Shown one piece after another: positions 10,414 through 19,633 of a DNA stretch of 64,000 bases. Source of the stretch: an uncultured Holophagales bacterium (GTDB lineage: Bacteria; Acidobacteriota; Thermoanaerobaculia; Multivoradales; UBA5704). The notes beneath the pieces were generated by a model. That model saw nothing but the letters and a program-made list of their open reading frames with translations, was not told the DNA's origin and searched no databases. Where the stretch lies: positions 224,001 to 288,000 of the forward strand of contig CAWJGT010000009.1 in NCBI GenBank assembly GCA_963842525.1, read 5' to 3'. A program made the translations under genes and the position numbers. Position 1 is the stretch's first letter. Each line of letters starts with the position of its first letter.

Positions 10414-10881
10414 CTACTTCGCGGGCTCGAAGAGCGCTCGGAGCCTTCCCAGCAACAGATTCAGCGGATTGGAACGGGCGAGGAACCGCAGGACCGGAAA
10501 GCGCCGGATCCCGAGCTCGCGGTGCAGGGCCAGCAGCTCCAGGTTGTGCGGGTCGACCTTGAGCCCGTCGAGGATCGCACGGACCGCCTCCGTCCGTTCG
10601 TTGCCCAGAAGGCAGGTCTTCGCCAGGTTCACATAGTTGTCGGGCTCGTAGAACTGCACCTTGATCGAGTGCCGGCAGAGCTTCAGCCCCTCCTGCACCC
10701 GCCGTTGGCAGCGCGCGATCCCATAGCCCAGGTACGAGTAGAACAGCCCCGGCAGAGCCTTCGACCGGTCCGCCTCGGCCACCCGCCCCAGAAAATAGAG
10801 GCCGCCGTCCCAGTCGTCCTGGCGGCAGCATTCGACCCCCCTCCGCACCACCTCCTCCAGACTCTGGCGAGCCGCGAGCAT
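10414..10881 (-). CDS. Small TPR protein
   Basis: TPR-like helices (YSYLGYG, PDNYVNLA, LKVDPHN); GGAGG RBS. Confidence 0.75.
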   Translation of the reverse strand: MLAARQSLEEVVRRGVECCRQDDWDGGLYFLGRVAEADRSKALPGLFYSYLGYGIARCQRRVQEGLKLCRHSIKVQFYEPDNYVNLAKTCLLGNERTEAVRAILDGLKVDPHNLELLALHRELGIRRFPVLRFLARSNPLNLLLGRLRALFEPAK

Positions 10882-11016
10882 GAGAGGACCTCCCCGATAG
10901 TATAGCTAAATGTACATAACAAAAGGCTCTGGAGCAAGCCCCTCCGGCCCCCTCCGAACGCGAGCCCTCTCCGGGCGTGGTATCCTTAAGCCTCTGTCCG
11001 TTTTTGAGGCCGTACC

Positions 11017-12801
11017 ATGAGCGACTCTCAGAGCTTCGCGCACGACGTCGCCGCCCTGACCGAGCTGGCGCAGCGCTTCAGCCAGACCGGCAAGCACGGC
11101 GAGGCGGCCGAGCTGTTCCTCCTCGCCCTCCGCCTGGACCCGAAGAACCTGAGCGTCAAGCTGGCTCTCGCCGAAGCCCGCAAGCTGCAGCGCGAGCAAG
11201 GGGGAGGCAACACCCCGCGGAGCCTGCGCGAGATGCTGCGCGAGAGCCTCCGCCGCGACGCCATCGACGCCGCGCATTTCCTCGGCCTGGCGCACCTGTA
11301 CGCCGAGAAGGGCGAGAACGCCCGCGCCGACGAGTGCCTGGAGGTGGCCCGGGCCAAGTCGCTGGCCAATCCGTCGTACCACAAGCTGCACGGCCGGCTC
11401 CTCTTCCGCCGCAAGGACTTCGACGGCGCGGCCGAGGAGCTCTCCCAGGCGCTGCGTTTCAACCCCTTCGACCGCGAGATCGCCGAGAGCCTGGGACGGT
11501 CCGAGTACGAGCGCAAGCAATACGAGCCCGCGCTGCGGGCCACGGTGCACGCCTTCCTGCTCTCGAACGAGGCCGACGAGGAAGGGATCAAGCGGCTGCG
11601 CCGGCGGATCCAGACCGTGAAACAGATCCTCGGCTGGGGCAACCGCGAGCTGACCCGGCTCTTCCGCGAGCGCCAGGAGCACCTGCACACGGCCTTCGAC
11701 CGGCTGGAGTGGCAGCGCGAGCGCTTCCTGGAGCAGTCCGGCCTGCCGTCGATCAGCACCTTTGCCAGCGCCCCGGCGCCGCGCCGGGAGCGGCAGATCG
11801 GCCAGCTCGAGATGGCGGCGCGCCTGCGGCGCCTGAAGCCCCTGTCGCACTTCTCCGATGAGCAGATCTTCCGCCTCACGCAGGCCGTCGAGGAGGAGGT
11901 GCTGGACGCGGGCGACCAGGTCTTCGCCCACCGTTCGCTGGGGCGCGACCTCTACATCCTGGAGCACGGGGCGATCACCTTCCAGCGCACGACCGGCTAT
12001 GGCACCTTCGTGCTGGGCTCGGTGATCCCGGGAGAGCTGTTCGGCGAGGGCGGCTTCGTCAGCCGGCACGAGCGCTCGGCCGACGCCGTGGCCACGCTGC
12101 CCGGCCAGGTGCTGCGCATCGACGCGGAGGCGCTGGAGCCGGTCCTGGAGGCGTCGCCGGACCTCGGCGTGCAGATCTACTGGACGCTCTGGCACGGCGT
12201 GGCGCGCAAGCTGCGGGCGACCAACGAGCAGCTCAAGGGCTTCTTCTCCGCCGAGGCCGGCCCGGAAGGGTTCCTCCGCCTGCGCCAGCAGCCCACCGGG
12301 GTGGCGGCCTCCGTCAAGGTGGAGGAGAACGACAAGATCCGCCTCTTCCGCGAGCAGGGGATCTCGCGCAAGGAGCTGATCACCCTGGCCGCCTTTTCGC
12401 GGGAGAAGCGCTTCGCCTCCGGCGCCTCGATCTTCCAGGAAGGCGACGCGGGCTCGGAGATGTACGTGATCCTCGAAGGGCGGGCGATGATCAGCAAATT
12501 CATCCCGGGGGCGGGGGAGGAGGCGCTGGCCATCCTGGAGCGCGGCGACTTCTTCGGCGAGATGTCGCTGATCGACGGCGAGCCGCGCTCGGCGGACGCC
12601 CGCGCCTACGGCGGCCCGCTGACCGTCCTCGCCCTGGACCAGGCCACCGTCCACGAGGTGATCGGCATGGACCCCCACGCCGCCCTCGAGTTTCTCCAGC
12701 TCCTCTGCCGCCTCATCGCCAACCGCCTGCGCGAGATCGACGAAAAAGTCATCGGCTGGCGGATCATGTCCGGCGAGAGGAACGAGAGCGCGTCGGCGTA
12801 G
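11017..12801 (+). CDS. TPR protein with two cyclic-nucleotide-binding domains
   Basis: GELFGE..RSADA and GDFFGEMSL..RSADA cNMP motifs; N-terminal TPRs. Confidence 0.85.
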   Translation: MSDSQSFAHDVAALTELAQRFSQTGKHGEAAELFLLALRLDPKNLSVKLALAEARKLQREQGGGNTPRSLREMLRESLRRDAIDAAHFLGLAHLYAEKGENARADECLEVARAKSLANPSYHKLHGRLLFRRKDFDGAAEELSQALRFNPFDREIAESLGRSEYERKQYEPALRATVHAFLLSNEADEEGIKRLRRRIQTVKQILGWGNRELTRLFRERQEHLHTAFDRLEWQRERFLEQSGLPSISTFASAPAPRRERQIGQLEMAARLRRLKPLSHFSDEQIFRLTQAVEEEVLDAGDQVFAHRSLGRDLYILEHGAITFQRTTGYGTFVLGSVIPGELFGEGGFVSRHERSADAVATLPGQVLRIDAEALEPVLEASPDLGVQIYWTLWHGVARKLRATNEQLKGFFSAEAGPEGFLRLRQQPTGVAASVKVEENDKIRLFREQGISRKELITLAAFSREKRFASGASIFQEGDAGSEMYVILEGRAMISKFIPGAGEEALAILERGDFFGEMSLIDGEPRSADARAYGGPLTVLALDQATVHEVIGMDPHAALEFLQLLCRLIANRLREIDEKVIGWRIMSGERNESASA

Positions 12802-12935
12802 CCCGCCTGGAGTACACCCCCCAGGGCCAGGACGCCTACAAGCTTCGTTTCCGCGACGGGCTCGTGACCCATGAAGCGACGGACAGGGACGAGTTCCTGG
12901 CGGTGAAGTAGGAGGGATCTCGGCTTGATCGCCGA

Positions 12936-12967
12936 TTGTGACCTCTTGCGGTAGAATGTAGTCACAA
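12936..12967 (+). promoter_or_regulatory. TA operator/promoter: TTGTGAC...GTCACAA inverted repeat enclosing a TAGAAT -10
   Basis: Seen directly, just upstream of the AGGAGG RBS of the antitoxin. Confidence 0.6.
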
Positions 12968-12976
12968 GGAGGGCTT

Positions 12977-13252
12977 GTGGCCCAGATCACGGTCGGCATT
13001 CGCCAGTTGAAGGAGCAGCTCAGCCACTACATCGAGCAGGTCAAGACTGGCTCCACGGTCGTCATCACCGAGCGGGGGACTCCCGTCGGCCGGATCGTTC
13101 CCGAGGCGCCTTCCCTCGACGAACGTCTCCAGCAGCTTGAGCAGGCGAAGCTTCTCGCCTGGAGCGGCCGGAAGCTTTGCCCCACGGTCCCCACGGTGCG
13201 TGTGCGGGGGCCGAGGACGGTCTCCGAGCTCCTGCTCGAAGACCGGGAATGA
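12977..13252 (+). CDS. Phd/YefM-family antitoxin
   Basis: VGIRQLKEQLS..VVITERGTPVGRIVP. Confidence 0.9.
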   Translation: MAQITVGIRQLKEQLSHYIEQVKTGSTVVITERGTPVGRIVPEAPSLDERLQQLEQAKLLAWSGRKLCPTVPTVRVRGPRTVSELLLEDRE

Positions 13253-13719
13253 TCCTCTACCTGGACGCGAGCGCTCTCGTCAAGCGCTATGTTGCAGAGC
13301 CGGGCTCGGAAGAAGTCCTCCGGAGCATCGGTGCGGCGAGCGCAGTCGGGACGGCCGCAGTCAGCCGGGCCGAGGTCGCTGCTGCGCTGGCGAAGTCGGC
13401 CCGCCTCGGCTTGCTCAGCCGCGAAGATGCCGAGGCAGCCCATCAGACCTTCCGTCAGGAATGGCCTGATTTCATCCGCCTCCCGGTGACCGAATTGCTG
13501 CTCGAACAGGCTGCCGGGCTTGCCTGGAACCACGGGCTCCGCGGCTATGACTCCGTGCAATTGGCAGCGGCGGTCTCCTGGCAAGAGGCCCTTGAAGCTT
13601 CCGTTGCTTTCGCCACGTTCGATCGGCACCTGTGGGAAGCCGCGAGCCATGCGGGGCTCACGTCTTTTCCAGCCGACCTGCCGGCCCTCCTGGACGCCTG
13701 GAAAAAACAGGCCCGCTGA
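13249..13719 (+). CDS. vapC: VapC PIN-domain toxin
   Basis: YLDASALVKRY..E..LRGYDSVQLA..FD; ATGA overlap with antitoxin. Confidence 0.9.
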   Translation: MILYLDASALVKRYVAEPGSEEVLRSIGAASAVGTAAVSRAEVAAALAKSARLGLLSREDAEAAHQTFRQEWPDFIRLPVTELLLEQAAGLAWNHGLRGYDSVQLAAAVSWQEALEASVAFATFDRHLWEAASHAGLTSFPADLPALLDAWKKQAR

Positions 13720-13849
13720 GCGGCTTGGCTGACGCCGTGCGGTCAATTCCCCGGTATGCCCGGGAGCTCTTGGCCCATCCGAAGTGTTTCTTTCTCCTTC
13801 TACCCGTCTTTTTCTCAGCCGTTGTCCTGAACACGCTCCCGGCTTTCCC

Positions 13850-13942
13850 TCACAGCGGTACCGCCCGAACGTTGGTGGCGCCATGAAGGGCGGCTAGCCG
13901 AAGGATCTCGGCCCGCCGTCCCCGCAATTCTTCGATCCTCAT
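13850..13942 (-). pseudogene. 5' fragment of a minimal nucleotidyltransferase (MNT) gene
   Basis: MRIEELRGRRAEILRLAALHGATNVR then stop, before the FGS motif. Confidence 0.55.
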
Positions 13943-14335
13943 ACTCCATGTCCTCCAGGCGCCGCGGTGTTGCGCCGCGACAATAGCTTATACGATGCGT
14001 CAGCATGCCCCCCATCAAGCTCATTCTCCTGCACTCTAGGAAGTAGGGCGGCTCCTCCGTCCCGTGTTGGGACGTGAGCGGATGCCTCGCCCGAAAGGAG
14101 CTCAGGATGATCGGCTTGCTCGCCAGTCTGTTCGGCGGTCTGTGGGAGGCCCTTGCCAGTCTCTCCCAGGCCACAGAAGCGGGATCGGGAGACCGGGGCC
14201 AGCAGATGGATCCGGATGGGTAGGTGACATGCCTTTGGTGCCGGCGCTGCTCCCTGCGGCGCCGGCATCCCTGGTCTCCAGGGCCTCTCTTGCGGTAAAA
14301 TGTCGCCGATAGACGGCACGCGAGAGGAGAGATCG

Positions 14336-15646
14336 ATGGCGGACATCCATCTGACCCGGGAGATGCTGCGCGCCGTGCTCCGCGGCGAGTTGCCAGCGCG
14401 GATCATCTCCCAGATCGGCCTGCAACACCTGATGAGTCTCTGCCCTTCCTGCCGGCAGGAGGTCGAGGCGTTCCGGCACGAGCAGACGGCCGGGGCTCCG
14501 GCCGCCTACAGCCGGACGTTCGAAGTCCTCCCGGCCCTTCTCGAGGACCAGGTGACGCGGCTGGAGGGCGAGCAACGGCAGGCCCGGCGGGATCTCTCCG
14601 AGCTGCTCCGGCTCCCGCGCGAGCGGCGGGCCGGCCGCGTGGAGCGGGCACGAGGCCGCTTTCGCAGCGCGGCCCTCGTGCGCCTTTTGATCGAGGAAAG
14701 CCAGAAGCACATTCCCAAGGGGCCGGAGGAGGCTCTCCATCTCGCCGAGCTGGCCCGGACGGTGGCCAATGCCAATCCCCGCATGCCGGAATTCTTTGAC
14801 CTCACTGTGCTTGCGACCGCGCACATCGCGAACGCCTGCCGGGTCGGCGAGACGCCGCGCAAGGCCGAAGAGCACTTCCTTTATGCACGGCAGGTCATCC
14901 AGCAGCACGGTGTCACCGATCCCGAGGTCCTCGCCCGTGTGGACGACCTTGAAGGCTCGCTGCGCAAGGACCAGCGCCTGTTCGAGAAGGCCGAGGAGCT
15001 TCTGACGCGCGCCGCGATGCTCTACCGCCTGGTGCACGCCCGCGTCCTCATCAAGCTTGGGACGGTCTATGACCTGCGCGGCGATTTTCAGGCTGCGATC
15101 GAGACGACGCAGTCGGCTCTAGACATGCTGCCGCCGGAGAGCGAGCCACGGCTGTATCTGTGTGGCCGCTACAATCTGGCGTGCCAACTCTTCTCGGCAG
15201 GCCGACCCGAGGAGGCGGACGAGATCCTGCGGGCGGATGAGGATCTCTACCGGCGTGACCCGGACCCGTGGACGCAGATCCGGCTCACCTGGCTGCGCGG
15301 CAACCTCGCCGAGGCGCGGGGGGAGGCCGGGCCGGCCGAGCAGGCCTACCGCGGCGCGCGGGACGGCTTCATTGCCCAGGGATGCGGTTACGATGCCGCG
15401 CTCGTTTCGATGGATCTGGCGCTCCTCTCTCTGCGCCAGGGCCGCACCGACAGCGTCCGGCGGCTCGCTGAGGAGATGGTCCCGATCCTGGCGGCCCAGG
15501 ACGTGCACCGCGAGGCGCTCGCCGCCTTGGTGCTTTTCCAGGACGCCGCACGCCGGAACGAGCTCACGATCGGCAAGGTCCGCGAGATCGCGGCCTCTCT
15601 GCGGGAGAGTCGAGGGAGCCGGGCGCGGCCGGCGGTGTCATCCTGA
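14336..15646 (+). CDS. TPR-rich protein with N-terminal HxxxCxxC zinc-binding motif
   Basis: HLMSLCPSC followed by helical repeats; GAGGAG RBS. Confidence 0.75.
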   Translation: MADIHLTREMLRAVLRGELPARIISQIGLQHLMSLCPSCRQEVEAFRHEQTAGAPAAYSRTFEVLPALLEDQVTRLEGEQRQARRDLSELLRLPRERRAGRVERARGRFRSAALVRLLIEESQKHIPKGPEEALHLAELARTVANANPRMPEFFDLTVLATAHIANACRVGETPRKAEEHFLYARQVIQQHGVTDPEVLARVDDLEGSLRKDQRLFEKAEELLTRAAMLYRLVHARVLIKLGTVYDLRGDFQAAIETTQSALDMLPPESEPRLYLCGRYNLACQLFSAGRPEEADEILRADEDLYRRDPDPWTQIRLTWLRGNLAEARGEAGPAEQAYRGARDGFIAQGCGYDAALVSMDLALLSLRQGRTDSVRRLAEEMVPILAAQDVHREALAALVLFQDAARRNELTIGKVREIAASLRESRGSRARPAVSS

Positions 15647-15691
15647 GCGAAGCGTTGGGCGTGGATGCCTTCCGGGCCCCGTGGGACCGAG

Positions 15692-16005
15692 CCAGAAAAT
15701 TTGGAACCGGTCCAGAAAATTTGGTAGCCGTTCCAAATTTCCTGGAACCGCTGCGGAAAATTTGGCAGGCGTTCCAGAATCCGTGGAACCCGTCCAGAAA
15801 ATTTGGCACGCGTGCCAAATTTCGTGGAACCGATCCAGGAATTTTGGCAGGCATCCAGAAAATTTGGAACCGGTTCCAAATTTCGTGGAACCGGTCCAGA
15901 AAATTTGGCAGGCGTTGCAGGTTTCATGGCATCGATCCAGAAAATTTGGAACGCGTTGCGGATCTTTCTGGATCGGTTCAGATTTTTTTGGCACGGGTTC
16001 CAGGT
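15692..16005. repeat. Degenerate tandem array of about 15 units of 20-21 bp (consensus CCAGAAAATTTGGMACCGNT)
   Basis: Read directly; each unit is quasi-palindromic CCA-N7-TGG. Confidence 0.9.
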
Positions 16006-16016
16006 GACTCGGGAGG

Positions 16017-16053
16017 GAAAAAGGGGAGGGGGCGGATGGCAGTCGCCCCCTCC
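16017..16053 (-). terminator. Rho-independent terminator of the 16063-16482 gene
   Basis: GGAGGGGGCG/CGCCCCCTCC stem followed by a U-tract on the minus strand. Confidence 0.7.
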
Positions 16054-16062
16054 GGAGAGGAG

Positions 16063-16482
16063 CTACTTCACGGTGTCAGGGGTGGAGGCCGGTCTCAGCG
16101 CTTCGACCAGCTCGGCTTCGGGTTCCGGCTCGGGCGTGGTCGGGGCCGGTGCAGTCGTCCGCTTCTTGCCGCGGAACGGCTCGATCCCGAACTCGATCAG
16201 CATCTCGCTGTCAGCGCCATAGTGCTCGCGGATGCCGGTGCGCACGAGGTCCGCGATGACGTTGCCGGAACGCAGGACCTCCATCAGCCTCTTCGTCGTC
16301 TCCTGCTTGCTGGCTCTGTAGGCTCCCTGCTCGTTGTAGAGGGACCGGGCCTGGCCCAGGTGCACGTCGAGCCTCGCGCAGAAGGTCCCGAGGTCCTCAA
16401 GCTCGGACTCATGGGCCTTCACGGCCGCCGAGGTCTGCTCCCATCCATTGGTGATGTTCATGTAGCGCTTGACAGAGGGCAT
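16063..16482 (-). CDS. Hypothetical helical protein with Pro-rich tail
   Basis: AAAGGAG RBS, typical codon usage, own terminator. Confidence 0.75.
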   Translation of the reverse strand: MPSVKRYMNITNGWEQTSAAVKAHESELEDLGTFCARLDVHLGQARSLYNEQGAYRASKQETTKRLMEVLRSGNVIADLVRTGIREHYGADSEMLIEFGIEPFRGKKRTTAPAPTTPEPEPEAELVEALRPASTPDTVK

Positions 16483-16714
16483 CTTCGTCTCCTTTCTGGA
16501 GAAAACTCCGGCATCGGGATGATGCCGGAATGTCTGTATCGCGTTCGCTTCTCTCGACTCCCGTTCGTCTTCATGAGCGTGGTAGACTGTTCATATGGAC
16601 TTTGCAAGATCAACTGATGCGGATCATGCACCATAGTGTCCATGGTGTCAACCCCCGTCTCCCATCCTGTCGACCGTATTGGGATAGAATTTCTCCAAGT
16701 CCTGGCAATTGAAG

Positions 16715-17188
16715 ATGACGAAGATCCCGAGGAGCCTGGAGGAGGCGCTGCGCGACGGACGGGTGATCCCGTTCGTGGGGGCCGGCGTGTCCATGGCCGT
16801 GGAGCGCGCCGGGGGTGGACGGATCTTCCCGAGCTGTAAGCAGCTCCTGCTGGACGGCGCGGCGCGCCTGGAGCGGGAGGGCAGGAACGCCAACGTGGTG
16901 CGCGGCCTCGTCGAAGACGACCCGCCGGACTACCTGCAGGCGGCCAAGAAGCTACGCGACAAGCTCGGTCCTCTGTGGGGCGCTTTCTTGAAAGATGCGA
17001 TCGACGTCTCCCGCGCGGAGGTCTCCGACGGGAGCCTTGCGCTCGCGCAAGCGGTATGGCGCCTCGGCAGCCGCCTCGTCATCACCACCAACTACGACCG
17101 GGTCCTCCGGTGGGCCTGTCCCGATGCGTGGCGCGACGACCTCAAGAGCTGGGACGTCAACGCCCCTGCCGAGCAGGCCGAGTACCTC
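16715..17188 (+). pseudogene. N-terminal fragment of a SIR2-like (SIR2_2) domain protein
   Basis: IPFVGAGVS and ITTNYD motifs; truncated before the catalytic xHG. Confidence 0.75.
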
Positions 17189-17431
17189 GTCCGGCTCGTC
17201 AACCTTCGGCAGAGGACGTGGCACCCAGATGAGCTGCGACCGCGCCTGGCCGCGCGCCAGCCGCACCTGTTCCTGGGGATAGGTGGCCTCCGGCTTGCCG
17301 TCGACCTCCCGGCCGGCGTAGCCGTCGAGCAGGTGGACCGAGAGCCGCGCCCGCTCAGACCGTTGCCGCAGGAGCCCCAGGCGGTGCTCCTCGACGGCCA
17401 TCCCAAGGACGAGAACGTGCTCGGCGAGGTC
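17180..17431 (-). pseudogene. Internal fragment of an unrelated gene (resembles the C-terminal region of TIR-associated proteins)
   Basis: Open frame ..ARLSVHLLDGYAGREVDG..TYPQEQVRLA..QLIWVP..; ends at the 17432 motif. Confidence 0.4.
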
Positions 17432-17452
17432 GAATGTTCGCCTGGCACCTAT
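17432..17452 (+). repeat. 21-bp motif GAATGTTCGCCTGGCACCTAT (copy 1; unoccupied IS110 target-like site)
   Basis: Matches the reconstructed IS insertion site and copy 3 at 19633. Confidence 0.85.
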
Positions 17453-17474
17453 CTGGGCACGGTGGACGGCCTTC

Positions 17475-17586
17475 CCCTGGGACCGCGGGCGTCCCGCCCG
17501 CGCGGATTCCCAGCGACCGGCGAGTTGGCGTTAATCCTGGACGACCCAAGCCCAAGGAGGGTGGGCGGACGCCCGCGGTCCCAGGG
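17475..17586. repeat. REP-like inverted pair CCCTGGGACCGCGGGCGTCCCGCCC ... GGGCGGACGCCCGCGGTCCCAGGG
   Basis: Seen directly. Confidence 0.75.
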
Positions 17587-17730
17587 AGAACCGACGACAA
17601 GGAGCGGCGAGGGTTGCCAGAGGTGCCGGAATGTTCCGGAATGTTCGGCTGATGATCCTCTAGAAGGCTCCTCCCTTCTGACGAGCCGCGATAGGCTCGT
17701 CGGGAGACCAATCCCTGAAAGGAGGAGCGC

Positions 17731-18747
17731 ATGGGACTTTACTGTGGAATCGACTTGCATTCAACCAACAGCTATCTCGTGGTGATGAACGAGCAACTGC
17801 AATCGGTCCTCAGCAGGCGGGTGGCCAACCGTCTGGAGGCGGTCCTGGAATCCCTGGAGCCCTTCCGAGAGCAGATCCAGGCGACCGCCGTGGAGTCCAC
17901 CTTCAACTGGTACTGGTTGGTGGATGGCCTCATGGAGGCCGGCTACGAGGTTCGCTTGGTCAACACCTCCGCTGTCCGCCAGTACGAGGGCTTGAAGTAC
18001 GTCGATGACCGCCATGACGCGCGGTGGTTGGCGCGCCTGCTCCACCTCAACATTCTGCCCACCGGCCACATCTATCCGAAAAAGGAGCGCGCGGTGCGAG
18101 ATCTACTGCGCCGCCGAACCTTTCTGGTGCGACAGCGCACCGCCAGCTTGCTGAGCGTCAAAAATGTTTTCTCTCGCTACACCGGGGTTCAAGTTTCCCT
18201 CAACGAGCTCAAGCGCATGACGGCCGAGCAGGTCGAGGAGCAGTTCACGGACCCACACATCGCCTTGACGATCACGAGCAGCCTGGCGATCGCCCGCACC
18301 CTGAAAGACCAAATCTCTGGCATCGAGAAAGCTGTCCTCAAACAAGCCAGGCTGAGGCCCGAATTCGAGCTGCTCGAGAGCATTCCCGGCATCGGTCTGA
18401 CCCTTGCCCTGACCATCATGTACGAGACGGGATCCATCGCTCGCTTTGCCGAGGCCGGCCACTTCTCCTCCTACTGCCGCTGTGTACCCAGCCAGCACCT
18501 CAGCAACGGCAAGGTCAAGGGCTCGGGTAACGTGCGCAATGGCAACCCGTACCTGTCCTGGGCGTTCACAGAGGCCTCTCACTTCGCCATCCGGTTCGAG
18601 CCTCTCGCCAAGCGTCTCTACGAGCGCAAGCGGGCCAGGACCAATGAGTTGGTCGCCCTGCGGACGATCTCGAACAAGCTGACTCGTGCCGCGTTCTACA
18701 TCCTGCGCGACCAGGTGCCGTTCCGGTCGGCGCAAGCTTTCGGTTGA
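17731..18747 (+). CDS. IS110-family DEDD transposase / bridge recombinase
   Basis: GIDLH, VESTFNW, DRHDA (RuvC-like DEDD); IPGIG, SNGK and GNPYL Tnp domain; AGGAGG RBS. Confidence 0.95.
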   Translation: MGLYCGIDLHSTNSYLVVMNEQLQSVLSRRVANRLEAVLESLEPFREQIQATAVESTFNWYWLVDGLMEAGYEVRLVNTSAVRQYEGLKYVDDRHDARWLARLLHLNILPTGHIYPKKERAVRDLLRRRTFLVRQRTASLLSVKNVFSRYTGVQVSLNELKRMTAEQVEEQFTDPHIALTITSSLAIARTLKDQISGIEKAVLKQARLRPEFELLESIPGIGLTLALTIMYETGSIARFAEAGHFSSYCRCVPSQHLSNGKVKGSGNVRNGNPYLSWAFTEASHFAIRFEPLAKRLYERKRARTNELVALRTISNKLTRAAFYILRDQVPFRSAQAFG

Positions 18748-18751
18748 TTCA

Positions 18752-19090
18752 GGTGGGGGACAGGGAGCCTGCAATAGGTGCTGGGCGAAAGAACCCTCCG
18801 TGGCTGATTGGCCTCTGTCTTCCACCGTTTTTGGCTCTTTTGTCGGAGATGCGCCCAGGTCGTGAGCCCGAATGTGCTGGCACCTCTGAACCCTCCTTCG
18901 GGGGGAGGAGGTAGCCTTATTGGTTGTCCTGAACCTTGGACACGAACCTGGAACCGAAGATTTTCTGGGGGCACGCAAACCGTGCCAGGGGCGGGTCGGA
19001 GCCGTCACCGGCTCCGACCCGCCTTGATCCCGATGGGTGGCTGGTGCGGATCTCCGCACCTGAAGCACAGCGAGACTACGGGCGCGCAAA
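18752..19090 (+). ncRNA. Predicted bridge/seek RNA of the IS110 element (two target-like loops and one donor loop)
   Basis: Guide AATAGGTGC is the reverse complement of the right flank; GGCTG equals left flank plus core; ATGGGTG equals the element end; closing stems visible. Confidence 0.8.
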
Positions 19091-19506
19091 CCCGACACGG
19101 GAGCACATCTTGCCGGAACGAGCCGTTCTTGAAACGAACACTCCCGGGAGGGAGACGTGTGGGTCGTTGACAAGAGCCTTCTAATGGGTGTGCTGGCACC
19201 TCTGAACCCTCCTTCGGGGGGAGGAGGTAGCCTTATTGGTTGTCCTGAACCTTGGACACGAACCTGGAACCGAAGATTTTCTGGGGGCACGCAAACCGTG
19301 CCAGGGGCGGGTCGGAGCCGTCACCGGCTCCGACCCGCCTTGATCCCGATGGGTGGCTGGTGCGGATCTCCGCACCTGAAGCACAGCGAGACTACGGGCG
19401 CGCAAACCCGACACGGGAGCACATCTTGCCGGAACGAGCCGTTCTTGAAACGAACACTCCCGGGAGGGAGACGTGTGGGTCGTTGACAAGAGCCTTCTAA
19501 TGGGTG
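18873..19506 (+). repeat. 316-bp tandem duplication of the IS right end (18873-19188 / 19189-19504)
   Basis: The two copies appear identical by eye; duplicated 82-aa ORFs appear in the ORF track. Confidence 0.95.
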
Positions 19507-19519
19507 GCACCTATTCTCC

Positions 19520-19633
19520 TCGGCAGCCGCCTCGTCATCACCACCAACTATGACCAGGCCCTCAGATGGGCCTGTCCCGAAGCGGGACGCGACGACCTCA
19601 AGATCTGGGACGTCAACGCCCCTGCCGAGCAGG
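19520..19633 (+). pseudogene. Second, diverged SIR2-gene fragment homologous to about 17063-17176
   Basis: LGSRLVITTNYDQALRWACPEAGRDDLKIWDVNAPAEQ. Confidence 0.8.

Larger units (their letters stand above)
17650..19506 (+). mobile_element. IS110-family (IS1111-type) insertion sequence with TG core and long right non-coding end
   Basis: Sub-terminal IRs TAGAAGGCTC (17661) and GAGCCTTCTA (19490); flanks rejoin to GAATGTTCGGC-TG-GCACCTAT; circle junction gives TTGACA-N17-GATGAT. Confidence 0.88.

Noticed and set aside
15692-16005. CRISPR array, or the overlapping ORFs with KIW/NFL repeats
   Set aside because: No unique spacers and no cas genes; the mixed 20/21-bp period breaks any frame, so the ORFs are by-products of the repeat
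16709-17785. 358-aa ORF as an intact SIR2 protein
   Set aside because: Similarity ends around residue 160; the rest reads through an antisense fragment, REPs and the IS end
18808-19510. Small ORFs in the IS right end
   Set aside because: They overlap the structured bridge-RNA region and are duplicated only because of the tandem repeat
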